From NCBI GenBank assembly GCA_025774605.1, contig JALGVR010000007.1, positions 1 to 54,845 of the forward strand: DNA of 54,845 bases, in the 5' to 3' direction. The translations under genes and the position numbers were made by a program. Each line of letters begins with the position of its first letter. Positions within the stretch are counted from its first letter, which is position 1. Below, piece after piece: positions 37,706-48,050 of this stretch. This DNA comes from a bacterium. GTDB taxonomy: Bacteria > Electryoneota > AABM5-125-24 > Hatepunaeales > Hatepunaeaceae. The notes under the pieces are model-generated. The model had not been told where the DNA came from. It saw only the letters and a list, made by a program, of their open reading frames with translations, and did no database searches.

Positions 37706-38712
37706 TTTAAAAGTGTGTTCGCCTTGATATCATCCGCCGCCGTTCGACCGATCACTTCGTTCATCCGGCGCGCGGGGATACCGGTTCCGGGCCGTTTCGA
37801 CCAGACCATCTCGGCGGTGATTTTCTGGCCCTTTCTGATATCCATCCGGGTGACCAGACTTCTGAAAGCCCATTCTCGAACCTGTTTCTCACGCTCGTGC
37901 ACCTTTCGTTCATCACCGGATGCGGCTTCGATCTTTCTTATTCCATCAACCAGTTCATGCAGCTCGTCGAACTCTATCGAGACATCCCTGTCCGGACCAG
38001 GCAGCAGTCGGCTGAGGGTTACATGCTTCTCGAAAACCACCGCCCCAAGGGTTCGCGCCGCAAAACTGGTATAGAGGTCCGGGGTATGGTCGGAATGCCC
38101 GATTACAGCCTTCGGGTACCGGGCGATCATCTTCGGAATTACGCCGAGATTGACATCCTCATACTTGGGAGGATATTCGGAGACGCAGTTGTTCAGAACC
38201 AACTGCATGTTTCGTGAAGACAGGAGATTATAGGTCCGGTCAATCTCTTCCCAACTGCTCATTCCCGTGGAGATGATCATCGGCTTGCCGAAATCCGCGA
38301 TTCTGTCCAGCGTCGGCAGATCGGTCATCTCTCCGGAGCCGATCTTGAATGCCGATACCCCGATTCGTTCGAGTTCCTCCGCTGCCTCCCAGCTGAAGGG
38401 GGTGCAGAGATAGGTTATTCCGATCTGCTCACAATACCTCTTCAGTTCCCGGTGGTCGTCAAGCGTCAGGGCATACTTCTGCAGGAACTCATACAGCGGC
38501 ATATCGAAATTATCCGACATCGGCACATCAGGCAGCATTTCCGTATCAGGCAGGTGATGCTGGTATTTTACGGCATCAACACCCGCCAGCTTGGAGCGCA
38601 AAGCCATCTCCTTCGCCCGCTCCAGATCACCCAGATGGTTGTCGCACGCCTCCGCTATTATATAGGCGGGATGACCCGTTCCGATCCTTCTGTCGTTAAT
38701 GCTTATTTCCAT
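37687..38712 (-). CDS. neuB: NeuB-family N-acetylneuraminate synthase with SAF domain
   Basis: AEACDNH, KIGSGE, GHSDHT, EKHVTL, C-terminal KRPGTGI SAF domain. Confidence 0.92.
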   Translation of the reverse strand: MEISINDRRIGTGHPAYIIAEACDNHLGDLERAKEMALRSKLAGVDAVKYQHHLPDTEMLPDVPMSDNFDMPLYEFLQKYALTLDDHRELKRYCEQIGITYLCTPFSWEAAEELERIGVSAFKIGSGEMTDLPTLDRIADFGKPMIISTGMSSWEEIDRTYNLLSSRNMQLVLNNCVSEYPPKYEDVNLGVIPKMIARYPKAVIGHSDHTPDLYTSFAARTLGAVVFEKHVTLSRLLPGPDRDVSIEFDELHELVDGIRKIEAASGDERKVHEREKQVREWAFRSLVTRMDIRKGQKITAEMVWSKRPGTGIPARRMNEVIGRTAADDIKANTLLKWEDLA

Positions 38713-39425
38713 TTTTCACCGGAGTTTTGCCGCCTCTCCGACAGCAGAATTTTCAACAGTTTAAGATCCAGATCAGTATCGATGTCAATCGAATCCCTCT
38801 CGGACATTATATAACCGGCGATCCTTTCGCCCAGCAACTTCTTCTGATCCAGTATTCTGTCCGCATAAGACGCATAAATCGCGCCGTTTTCCCTGTAAAT
38901 CATGGGTACTTCCTGCCTGCGCACATAATCGGTATGTTTCAATATTCTGACTCTACCATCTTCGTCCAGTTCACACAGGCGATACAGACACCTCTGGGAC
39001 GCCACCAGGCTGACCACGGAATCAGCGCCTGAATCGAGCATCCTGTTTATCGCCTCATCGACATGGCGTCCGTCGCGTAATGGTGTTGTGGGTTGTAATA
39101 AAACAAGGATATCGGGACTATAACTTTCCTTGTCCGCCAGCCATTTCAGGGCATGGATAATTACATCAATTGATGGCGTGGTATCCAATGCCAGCTCCAC
39201 CGGTCTGAGAAAAGGCGCTTCCGCACCGGCCGACAGGGCGATGTCCCTGTATAATGGCGAGTCGGTGCTTACAATCACGCGGTCCGTCATCGTTGCCGAC
39301 AAACCCGCCTCCACGGTATAATCCAGGACTGTTTTATCAACAATCCTGAGGATGTTTTTATCCTTGATCCCCCTCGAACCGGATCGGGCGGGAACCAGCG
39401 CCAATATCTCTTTGTCTTGCGGCAT
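38703..39425 (-). CDS. neuA: Acylneuraminate cytidylyltransferase
   Basis: LVPARSGSRGIKDKN, VSTDS, LLQPTTPLR, NGAIY, DIDTDLD. Confidence 0.92.
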   Translation of the reverse strand: MPQDKEILALVPARSGSRGIKDKNILRIVDKTVLDYTVEAGLSATMTDRVIVSTDSPLYRDIALSAGAEAPFLRPVELALDTTPSIDVIIHALKWLADKESYSPDILVLLQPTTPLRDGRHVDEAINRMLDSGADSVVSLVASQRCLYRLCELDEDGRVRILKHTDYVRRQEVPMIYRENGAIYASYADRILDQKKLLGERIAGYIMSERDSIDIDTDLDLKLLKILLSERRQNSGEKWK

Positions 39426-39531
39426 TATGCTTGTACTTGTCAGGATAATCAGGCCGAACTCTGCTCACTCGCGCCCCTGCAGAACGCGGTGCGCCCGCAA
39501 AAAATGCGGTTCGGGAGTGTCCGGCGGGATT

Positions 39532-40836
39532 TCAGTTATCACCTCGACCATTACCCACTTTCGCCGTCTCCCATTTCACTATCTCCGGCGCCATCAATCC
39601 CGGGCGCGCCTTGCCTCTCGGTCCGCCCAGGCTGAAGAAGGTGCCCTTGTCCGACAGGTCGAAGTAAAACGGTCCCTGGCGATCATACACCACGCCGATC
39701 TTGTTTATGATAAGTCGCAACTGAAATGCGCCCGTATTCAGTATTTTACCGGGCAGGACAACCCTTGAACGATATATCCCCGGTTCCCGCACGATATAAT
39801 GCCCCGGCGCCCAGTCCATGTCCGCCGATCGACAGATAAGCGTGCCGTCGATGCCGTCGAGCATTATCCTCACCGCCGCCCCGTCGATCTTCCGCCGCAC
39901 GATGTACTCCAGCTCGAAGACTGTGTCTTCAAGACGATCGATATACGTGCTTACCTCACCCTTCTCGTTCAATATCTGGAAGCGGGTGAATTGTATCGGC
40001 TTGGCCGGATCCGGTGTAAAGGCATAATCCTGAGTCTTGTCCAACACGTGAGACGTATACTGCTCGATCACCGTATCGATCGGCCCGACAGCCATTACCC
40101 GGCCCTCGTCGAAAAATATCCCCCGGTGACACAGCCGGCTGACCGCGCCCATGTTATGACTCACGAAGATCACTGTTCTGCCTTCGGAAGAAACATCGTC
40201 CATCTTGCCCAGGCACTTACGTTGAAAGGCGACATCACCCACCGCCAGGACTTCATCGACGAGCAGTATCTCCGGCTCCAGATGCGCGGCAACAGCGAAC
40301 GCCAACCGCACCCGCATCCCCGATGAATAACGCTTCACCGGCGTGTCTATAAACTTCTCAACCTCGGCGAACGATACAATCTCGTCGAACTTCAGGTCTA
40401 TCTCCCTTTTCGTCATGCCCAGAATCGAACCGTTAAGATAGATGTTTTCGCGTCCCGTAAGCTCGGGGTGGAAGCCGGTTCCGACCTCCAGCAGCGCGGC
40501 GATCCGTCCGCGGATGGAGGCTCGACCGTAGGTCGGTCCGGTAATCTTCGAAAGTATCTTCAGCAGCGTGCTCTTGCCGGCGCCGTTCTTGCCCACTACC
40601 CCGAGAACCTCGCCGACCTCCATCTCGAACGAGACGTCCCGCAACGCCCAGATCACATCATCGGAATCGTCCGAATTATCATCAAAGGAGGTCAGTCTGC
40701 GCAGGTTCTTGAGGTTCTTCAACGGCTGCCTGACTAAATCGGCAAGCGCCCCCATGAAGGTGTCGTGAGCCTGCTCCTTGAGCCCTATCCGGTAACGCTT
40801 GGAGATGTTCTCCACGCGGATCGCGATGTCACCCAT
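39532..40836 (-). CDS. wzt: Polysaccharide ABC exporter ATPase with C-terminal carbohydrate-binding domain
   Basis: Start moved to ATG 40836; GKNGAGKST, YSSGM, LLVDEVLAVGD; C-terminal Ig-like extension. Confidence 0.93.
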   Translation of the reverse strand: MGDIAIRVENISKRYRIGLKEQAHDTFMGALADLVRQPLKNLKNLRRLTSFDDNSDDSDDVIWALRDVSFEMEVGEVLGVVGKNGAGKSTLLKILSKITGPTYGRASIRGRIAALLEVGTGFHPELTGRENIYLNGSILGMTKREIDLKFDEIVSFAEVEKFIDTPVKRYSSGMRVRLAFAVAAHLEPEILLVDEVLAVGDVAFQRKCLGKMDDVSSEGRTVIFVSHNMGAVSRLCHRGIFFDEGRVMAVGPIDTVIEQYTSHVLDKTQDYAFTPDPAKPIQFTRFQILNEKGEVSTYIDRLEDTVFELEYIVRRKIDGAAVRIMLDGIDGTLICRSADMDWAPGHYIVREPGIYRSRVVLPGKILNTGAFQLRLIINKIGVVYDRQGPFYFDLSDKGTFFSLGGPRGKARPGLMAPEIVKWETAKVGNGRGDN

Positions 40837-40880
40837 CTGTTCGCTCCGCTCCATGCAAGCGTGCAATTAAAACGCGGATT

Positions 40881-41753
40881 TTACGCCACATCGGCAAAAT
40901 ACCTCTCCATTCGGTAGAAGAAAAACAGACCGCTGATAAAGATCAACGTCGCACTTACACCGCCGACTGCGATCAGGTCCCACGGCATTGGAGTCGTTCC
41001 GATCAGGGAGGAGCGGAAACCCTCAATCACCCCCGCCATCGGATAGAGACCATAAACGAGCCTGTACTGCTCAGGCACCTTGGAAACCGGCCAGACCACC
41101 GGCGCGGAATACATCAGTATCTGCACCACGAAATGGTTGGCATGTTTTATATCCCGGTACTGGACGGAGAGCGCCGACAGCCAGATACCGGCTCCGGACG
41201 CGCAAAATACCATGATCAGGACCAGCAGCGGCAGCGCCAGCGCATTCCAGGTGGGTGTGATTCCGTAATACAGCATCAGAATGGCGAGAAAGAAAAACGA
41301 GATGAAGAAGTCGACCAGCTTGGCGAGCGTTGATGCCAGCGGCAGCACGATGCGCGGGAAGTATATCTTGCCTATCATGTTGGCGCCGGAGACCAGACTG
41401 ACCGACGAGAACGTCAGCGCGGTGGCGAAAAAGGTCCAGGGAATCAGGGCCGTGTAAGAGAAGATCGGATACGGGACGCCGTCGCTGTCGATCCTGGCGA
41501 GTCTGCCAAAGACCACGGAAAACACGATCATCTGGAAAAGAGGGTTGATTATCGCCCAGGTGAAGCCCAGAATGGTCTGCTTGTATAGAATCTTGATATC
41601 GCGCCAGGTGAAGAAGTAGAGCAGCTCGATATATTCCAGGAACTCGCCGAGCCTGATCGCCGCCCAGCCGCTGGCCGGCTTGATGACATTGACCGTCACG
41701 GCGCGTTTGGATTTACCATCAGTGGATCCGACAGATTTATCGTCTATTGTCAT
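40881..41753 (-). CDS. wzm: Polysaccharide ABC exporter permease
   Basis: RDIKILYKQTILGFTWAIINP, LYPMAGVIEGFRS. Confidence 0.93.
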   Translation of the reverse strand: MTIDDKSVGSTDGKSKRAVTVNVIKPASGWAAIRLGEFLEYIELLYFFTWRDIKILYKQTILGFTWAIINPLFQMIVFSVVFGRLARIDSDGVPYPIFSYTALIPWTFFATALTFSSVSLVSGANMIGKIYFPRIVLPLASTLAKLVDFFISFFFLAILMLYYGITPTWNALALPLLVLIMVFCASGAGIWLSALSVQYRDIKHANHFVVQILMYSAPVVWPVSKVPEQYRLVYGLYPMAGVIEGFRSSLIGTTPMPWDLIAVGGVSATLIFISGLFFFYRMERYFADVA

Positions 41754-42142
41754 TCAATATTCCCGGACGTAAATTATATCCTGCCCTGTAAACCGACCAT
41801 GCATCGGAGGCCGGAATCAACGCCTCCTCCACCGATCTTGAGTGAACGTCTAATTTATAACTCCATTTCAGCAAAATCAATAAATACTTTACCTTCTACA
41901 CCGTATACTGGATTTCAAGCGTAATGCGGAATCACCGATCCCCGGCCTGCCGCCTGATGTTCCCGCCGCGCGAATGACCAATGATATTCAGAGACGACTG
42001 ACAACATGATTAAATATCAACGACATATCGGCGCATCATGCTAAATTGTTCTCGTTAATGACATAAAGCATCTTTTGCCTTGATGTTAAAAGCGTTAATC
42101 CTTAAATTCAACTCTTAAGTAGTGATAGCAAAGTGAGGAGGC

Positions 42143-44842
42143 TTGAATCTCGTCATGAAGAGAATATTGGTCGTCGAGGATCAGCGAATCGTTGGCCTGG
42201 ATATACAGGGCAAACTGGAAGGCCTCGGTTACGAGGTTCCGTCAATAGTATCGCGCGGTGAAGACGTCCTGGAAACTGCAAAAAAGACACGACCGAATCT
42301 GGTGCTGATGGATATCAGGCTTGAAGGAAAGATGGACGGTATTGAAGCGGCGGTGCAGTTGCGCCACAGCCTCGATGTTCCGGTGGTTTACATCACCGCT
42401 TATGCCGACGATGATACGCTCAAGCGCGCCAAGCTGACCGAGCCCTACGGGTACCTGCTTAAGCCGTTCGAGGAGCGCGATCTGTGTATAACCATCGAAA
42501 TGGCACTTTATAAACACAGTGTTGAAAGGAAGCTGAGGGAGAGCGAAATCTGGCTTTCAACCACCTTGAACAGTATTGGCGACGCGGTCATCGCCACGGA
42601 CAGAAAAGGTTATATAAACTTTATGAACCCCGCCGCCGAGAGGTTGACCGGCTGGAACAGGGAGGACGCGGTCTATAAGCATATTAATGATATATTGAAG
42701 ATCACCGATGAGGATACCGATAAACCCGTGAAAGGATTCGTGGAGGCGGTATTCAAGGGGAAAACCGTCCTCAGGCTGGTCGAAAACACCCTTCTATTCA
42801 ACAGGCAGGATGATGCAATCGCCATCACTGCCAGCGCCGCCCCCATCAGCAACGAAAAGGGCAACATTCTCGGAGCTGTTTTTGTCATAAGAAATATCTC
42901 CGGAAAAAAACGCGCCGAAGAGGAACTGAGGATCAGGGACTGGGCGATGAAATCCTCGATCAGCGCCATTGTTCTTGCCGATCTGGAAGGAAGGTTGACG
43001 TACGTAAACCCCTCATTCCTTAGCATGTGGGGATATAAGCAGAGGGAGGCTCTGGGAAGATCCATCGTCGGATTGTGGCAGAACAGGGACCGGGCAATGG
43101 AGATGCTGAATTCTCTGAACGACAAGGGCAGTTTCATCGGTGAAATTACCGCTCAAAAAAAGGATACATCCCTGTTCGATGTCCAGCTTATCGCCAGTAT
43201 CGTCAAGGACCGATCAAACAAACCCATCTGCATGATGGCATCGTTCGTCGACATCACCGATCGAAAGAGGGCTATTGATGCTCTGAGGGTGAGCGAAGAG
43301 CGCTTCAGGAGCCTGTATGAAAACGCCACCATCGGACTTTTCCGCACCGCGCCGGACGGCAAGATTCTGATGGCGAATCCCGCTCTGATCAGAATGCTGG
43401 GCTATTCGTCATTCGATGAGTTAATACACTGCGATCATGAAGGGGAAGGTTTCCAGCCGTATTTCCTCCAGAAGAAGTTCTGGAAACAGATCAGAGATAA
43501 CAGCGAGCTGAAGAACCACGAAACGGTCTGGCAGAGAAAGGATGGAAATCCTGTATATATCCGCACAAACGTCAGGGCTTTCAGGGACAGCGACGGCGAT
43601 ATCATGTACTATATCGGAACCGCCGAGGACATCACCGAGATAAAGCTCGCCGAGGCTGAACGCAAGAAGCTCGAAGCCAACATGCAACAGGCGCAAAAGT
43701 TGGAGAGTCTCGGTGTTCTGGCAGGCGGAATCGCACATGATTTCAACAACCTGCTTCAAGGCATCCTGGGCAATGCAAGCCTGGCTCTGTCGGATCTGGA
43801 GCCTGAATCGCCGGCGCATGAGAGCATCGAACAGATCGAGAAATCCGGACAGCGCGCCGCAGAACTGACCAAGCAGATGCTCGCCTATTCGGGCAGGGGA
43901 CGGTTCGTGATAAACGCCATCGACCTTTCAACGCTGATCCAGAATATGAAGGAACTGCTGGAATCGTCGGTTTCGAAGAAGGCAACTATCAAGTTCAGTC
44001 TGAAGCAGGATCTACCCCGCATCGAAGCCGACGCTTCACAGATCCGCCAGGTGGTCCTGAATCTCGTGATAAACGCTTCGGAAGCGCTGGAGGAAAAGGG
44101 CGGTGAAATAAGGATCTCGACCGGAGTACTGGAATGTGACAGCACCTACCTGAAGGAAACATATCTGGATGACAATCTCGCCGAGGGTGTCTATGCCTAT
44201 ATCGAGGTGGCGGATAACGGCTGCGGTATGGACGAGGATACATTGGGCAGGATATTCGATCCGTTCTTCTCTACCAAATTCATCGGTCGCGGCTTGGGGC
44301 TGGCGGCGGTTCTGGGGATCGTGCGGGGGCATCGCGGAGCGATAAAGGCGGTCAGCGAGCAGGGCAAGGGATCCTCCTTTTCGGTCCTGTTTCCAATCGC
44401 CGGTAAATTCTTTAAAAACGGCGAAATAGACCAGGGAATCCTGCCTTTTCACAACACCGAAGGCAACATCCTGGTGGTCGATGACGACGAAACAGTCCGG
44501 GGAACCGCCAAACGGATCCTCGAACGAGCCGGGTACAACGTCCTGACGGCGTCCGGTGGTCGGGAAGCGATCAACATCTTCCGTCGGTATTCAACGGAAA
44601 TAACCCTGGTGCTGCTTGATCTGACCATGTCCGACATGAACAGCGAAGAGGTTTTTACCGAGATAAAACGGCTGCGCAAAGACAGCCGTGTGATCCTCTC
44701 CAGCGGTTACACGGAACAGGAAGCGCTGGATCAGTTTATACAGGTGGGGTTGGCGGGGTTTATCCAGAAACCCTATAAATCCGCAGCCCTGATCCAGCTG
44801 ATAAAGGAGACGATAGGCAGCGACACGCAGAAGATCACCTGA
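42143..44842 (+). CDS. Hybrid sensor kinase REC-PAS-PAS-PAS-HisKA-HATPase-REC (ATG start probably 42155)
   Basis: LVLMDIRL receiver; three PAS/PAC repeats; IAHDFNNLL H-box, NLVINA, DNGCG, GRGLGL; C-terminal LVLLDLTM receiver; no TM segments. Confidence 0.93.
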   Translation: MNLVMKRILVVEDQRIVGLDIQGKLEGLGYEVPSIVSRGEDVLETAKKTRPNLVLMDIRLEGKMDGIEAAVQLRHSLDVPVVYITAYADDDTLKRAKLTEPYGYLLKPFEERDLCITIEMALYKHSVERKLRESEIWLSTTLNSIGDAVIATDRKGYINFMNPAAERLTGWNREDAVYKHINDILKITDEDTDKPVKGFVEAVFKGKTVLRLVENTLLFNRQDDAIAITASAAPISNEKGNILGAVFVIRNISGKKRAEEELRIRDWAMKSSISAIVLADLEGRLTYVNPSFLSMWGYKQREALGRSIVGLWQNRDRAMEMLNSLNDKGSFIGEITAQKKDTSLFDVQLIASIVKDRSNKPICMMASFVDITDRKRAIDALRVSEERFRSLYENATIGLFRTAPDGKILMANPALIRMLGYSSFDELIHCDHEGEGFQPYFLQKKFWKQIRDNSELKNHETVWQRKDGNPVYIRTNVRAFRDSDGDIMYYIGTAEDITEIKLAEAERKKLEANMQQAQKLESLGVLAGGIAHDFNNLLQGILGNASLALSDLEPESPAHESIEQIEKSGQRAAELTKQMLAYSGRGRFVINAIDLSTLIQNMKELLESSVSKKATIKFSLKQDLPRIEADASQIRQVVLNLVINASEALEEKGGEIRISTGVLECDSTYLKETYLDDNLAEGVYAYIEVADNGCGMDEDTLGRIFDPFFSTKFIGRGLGLAAVLGIVRGHRGAIKAVSEQGKGSSFSVLFPIAGKFFKNGEIDQGILPFHNTEGNILVVDDDETVRGTAKRILERAGYNVLTASGGREAINIFRRYSTEITLVLLDLTMSDMNSEEVFTEIKRLRKDSRVILSSGYTEQEALDQFIQVGLAGFIQKPYKSAALIQLIKETIGSDTQKIT

Positions 44843-47800
44843 GCAGCACCAGCCTCTGCAACAATATACCATCCGGCGTCGCCAGTCGACAGATGTACAG
44901 CCCCGAAGACGCTTTCATGCCGTTCTGGTCAAGCCCGTCCCAAAGCAGGCGATGCCTGCCCGCCGACATTTGACCGTTCGCCAACGTCCTGATCCTTCGT
45001 CCGCGCGGATCATAGACGGCGAGTTTTGCCGCGGTCGGATTCGGCATGGCAAAGTCTATGCTCACAAACTCATTAAACGGATTGGGATGGACCGGTCCAA
45101 GGGTAAGCTCTGTCGGAAGAAGACCATCCTTGTCATCAACAGACAACGGCGCTATGATTACGTGGAAATCATCACCGGCCGACCGGATCGTATCGGTTCC
45201 GTCGGAAGCCAGTACGCGCCAGGTCACGTCCGTTTCAACATGCGGATCAACGGAAAACTCTTCACGAGAAACGAGGAAAACGGTGTCGTTTATACCGGTG
45301 TGCCGGTATTGTTCATCGTTGTATTCCAGTATCAAGGCGTACGATACGGTGGAATCTTCAACCTCGTCCACTGAAACTTCCCAGATGAACGGAACATCCG
45401 GATTATCGCAGAAGGTGCTGTTGTCTTCTGGTGAAACAAGGTTGAATTGTGTCGGCGGGTCGTTGACCGGACTTATCGTCACCTGAAACGTATCGCCGGC
45501 TGCGCCCCCGCTGCGGTCATCCGCGACGACCACGATTGAGGCTGTTCCGTGCAGGTTCGGGACAGCTTCCAGGCTGAGGATGTCCTCGTCATCGATCTCG
45601 GCGGACACGATCGGGTTGTCAATCTGGGCGCTGTAGGTCAACGGCTGTCCGTCCGGATCGTCGAATATCTCCTCCAGATCGACCACATTATAAGTCTCAA
45701 AGTCCTCGTCCAGCTCCTGGTCTTCGATAAAACCGACTGCCCTGGGTGGATGATTGGCTATTTCGGCGTGCAGCGGAATCTCCCACTCCCAGTGGTCGAA
45801 ATCGTTGGAGACCACGAGGATCGCGGCTTCGTAATCACCGGGCATATCGGACCTGAACGTAACCGTCACATCCCGGCTTTCATCATGGGGGATTATCAGG
45901 CTGTCGAGGTCGACCGTAAAATTATCGCCGTCAACCTCTATTGTCTCGACGATCAGGTCGGTCCTGCCCCGGTTGTAAATAATGAACGGGAGGTCGTAAT
46001 CCTCGTTGATCTCCATCGCCTCATAGACCATGCTCCAGTCCATGATATCGGGGTAACCGGCTTCTTCTGACCAGTCCACCCAAATATCAGCGAAGCCGAG
46101 AACCCGCATGGCGACGGGGATAACCGTGTCCTGATCGCCCGGATCGTTGGAGAGTATGTGCAGCTCGGCCTCGTAGTTGCCTTCCACGGCGTCGGTCGCG
46201 TTCACTGTAACCGTGATGACCGTATGTTCATCCGGCTCCACCTCGCCTTCGCGGGGCTCCCATGATATCCAGTCGGGGGCGTCATCAGGCTCAGCGATTA
46301 TATCAACTTCAGTTTCAAAGATAAGCGTCCGGTTGCCGACATTGGAGACCGTCAGCCCGGCGTCCTGCTCGACCTCCATGCCCTCAATCTCAAATGATAA
46401 TTCATCCGGTTCAACGCGTATGCGCGGCTCTTCGACTTCAAAATCGGGATCGATGTGCAGCAATCCGTATCCGAACAGGTTATCCTGTCCGTCCTCGCCG
46501 ACATCCCGCGCCGCGGTCGTCAGATAGTTCCACAATTCCCGGTTATCCATCTCCAGGTCCGAGGACAGCACCAGAGCGGCGGCGCCGGCGACGTGAGGAC
46601 AGGCGGCGGATGTGCCGTAGAAATCGCCGTCGTAGACAAAGGATGTCACGCCGTCCACGCCGGAAATCTCCGGTTTGACGCGGTCGTCGTAGGTCGGTCC
46701 GCGCGAGCTGAACGACTCGGGGTGGACGTCGTTGCGGTTCCAAAGCCTGTGATTGACCGCGCCGACAGCGAAACACCGTTCGTTCAGTGAGGGTATGGTC
46801 AGGCTGCCTTCCGGTGTTCGGTAGGCAAGATCATGGGAGGTAAACAGGGTGAAATCAATGCCGTCTTCACCGTCACGGTTATGAACCGCCACGCCGTAAT
46901 GACCGCTCTCCTGCGCCTGGTATTCGATCTCCTCACGCGGAGGATCATTCCCGTTCTGGACATCCTCGGATCTGTCGACTATCTGCCAGTCGTCGTCATC
47001 CTCATTCCAGAACAGCAGGTACAGGTTGTAATCCTCACCGGATTCGGGGAAATCGTCCCACTGCAGCGAAGCCGATACAAACTCGCCACGCCTTATATTG
47101 GTGAAATGATCCGCGTTGCGCCCGAAATGATTGACCACGACCCCATCGGCGAAGCGGTGATAGTCGTCATCCTCGTTGTCGTCGTCAAAGTCGGCGCGGT
47201 AGTGAGCCTGTGCGGAATTGCCGGCGGAGCTGACGAACAGGATTCCGGCATCAAATGCGTCGACGACACGCTGGGACAGGTGATCGTCACCCTCGAAATA
47301 GTCATCCATGGCTGACAGCCAGCCCAGCGACATGCTGATCACGTCCACCTCCTCGTCGATCAGGTAATCAACGGCATTCTCATAGTGACCGCTGTGGAAG
47401 ATCTTGACCAGATAGAATTCGGCGTCGGGAACGAAATCGGCGGCGATTTCAGCACACGCGGCGCCGTGAGGATTGCCTTCGTTCATGTCCTCGTTGGTGA
47501 AATTCCGAATGGTGAGATCTTCCGGCAGTTCACCTTCATCCTGTGCCTCCGCGTAATCACCGAATCCGATGTCAAGGATGGCGATTTTAACATCCTCACC
47601 GCTGATGCCATGATCGTGGAATTCGTCCGCACCGGTAACGGTGGGAAACGGTTTGAACGGCCGATAGATACGGCTGATGATGTCAAGGCTCGTCGAAAAA
47701 TCAGCCAGCCTGTCAATCGGTATCCACAGGGTCAAAAAATGCTCCGACCTGCACTCAACCAGCGCCTGGAATCCGCTCAGATCGGAGTCCTTGATCTCAG

Positions 47801-48050
47801 CCGGAAGATGGCCGGGATGTAATACAACATCAACAAGCACACGATTATCGGACAAGGTGATGTCATGAATATCCGCAAATCCCTGCCCCGCCGATCCGCC
47901 CTGAGACTTGTAAACGTCGAGGAGGTTTGACAGGGCGGTTTCCAGCCCTGGGTATGCCGGCTCCGAGTAGTCAGGTCTCGGCAGCGCAGCGTATGCAGTC
48001 GCCATGAAGATAGAGATCAGAACAACAGATAAATATGAACCCGGTTTCAT
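44835..48050 (-). CDS. Secreted S8 (subtilisin-like) serine protease with Ig-like domains and FlgD-Ig/CTD-like C-terminus
   Basis: Signal peptide; catalytic triad ILDIGF / PHGAAC / GTSAACPHVAG; acidic Ig-like repeats; HPNPFN...SSGLYICRL tail. Confidence 0.88.
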   Translation of the reverse strand: MKPGSYLSVVLISIFMATAYAALPRPDYSEPAYPGLETALSNLLDVYKSQGGSAGQGFADIHDITLSDNRVLVDVVLHPGHLPAEIKDSDLSGFQALVECRSEHFLTLWIPIDRLADFSTSLDIISRIYRPFKPFPTVTGADEFHDHGISGEDVKIAILDIGFGDYAEAQDEGELPEDLTIRNFTNEDMNEGNPHGAACAEIAADFVPDAEFYLVKIFHSGHYENAVDYLIDEEVDVISMSLGWLSAMDDYFEGDDHLSQRVVDAFDAGILFVSSAGNSAQAHYRADFDDDNEDDDYHRFADGVVVNHFGRNADHFTNIRRGEFVSASLQWDDFPESGEDYNLYLLFWNEDDDDWQIVDRSEDVQNGNDPPREEIEYQAQESGHYGVAVHNRDGEDGIDFTLFTSHDLAYRTPEGSLTIPSLNERCFAVGAVNHRLWNRNDVHPESFSSRGPTYDDRVKPEISGVDGVTSFVYDGDFYGTSAACPHVAGAAALVLSSDLEMDNRELWNYLTTAARDVGEDGQDNLFGYGLLHIDPDFEVEEPRIRVEPDELSFEIEGMEVEQDAGLTVSNVGNRTLIFETEVDIIAEPDDAPDWISWEPREGEVEPDEHTVITVTVNATDAVEGNYEAELHILSNDPGDQDTVIPVAMRVLGFADIWVDWSEEAGYPDIMDWSMVYEAMEINEDYDLPFIIYNRGRTDLIVETIEVDGDNFTVDLDSLIIPHDESRDVTVTFRSDMPGDYEAAILVVSNDFDHWEWEIPLHAEIANHPPRAVGFIEDQELDEDFETYNVVDLEEIFDDPDGQPLTYSAQIDNPIVSAEIDDEDILSLEAVPNLHGTASIVVVADDRSGGAAGDTFQVTISPVNDPPTQFNLVSPEDNSTFCDNPDVPFIWEVSVDEVEDSTVSYALILEYNDEQYRHTGINDTVFLVSREEFSVDPHVETDVTWRVLASDGTDTIRSAGDDFHVIIAPLSVDDKDGLLPTELTLGPVHPNPFNEFVSIDFAMPNPTAAKLAVYDPRGRRIRTLANGQMSAGRHRLLWDGLDQNGMKASSGLYICRLATPDGILLQRLVLLR

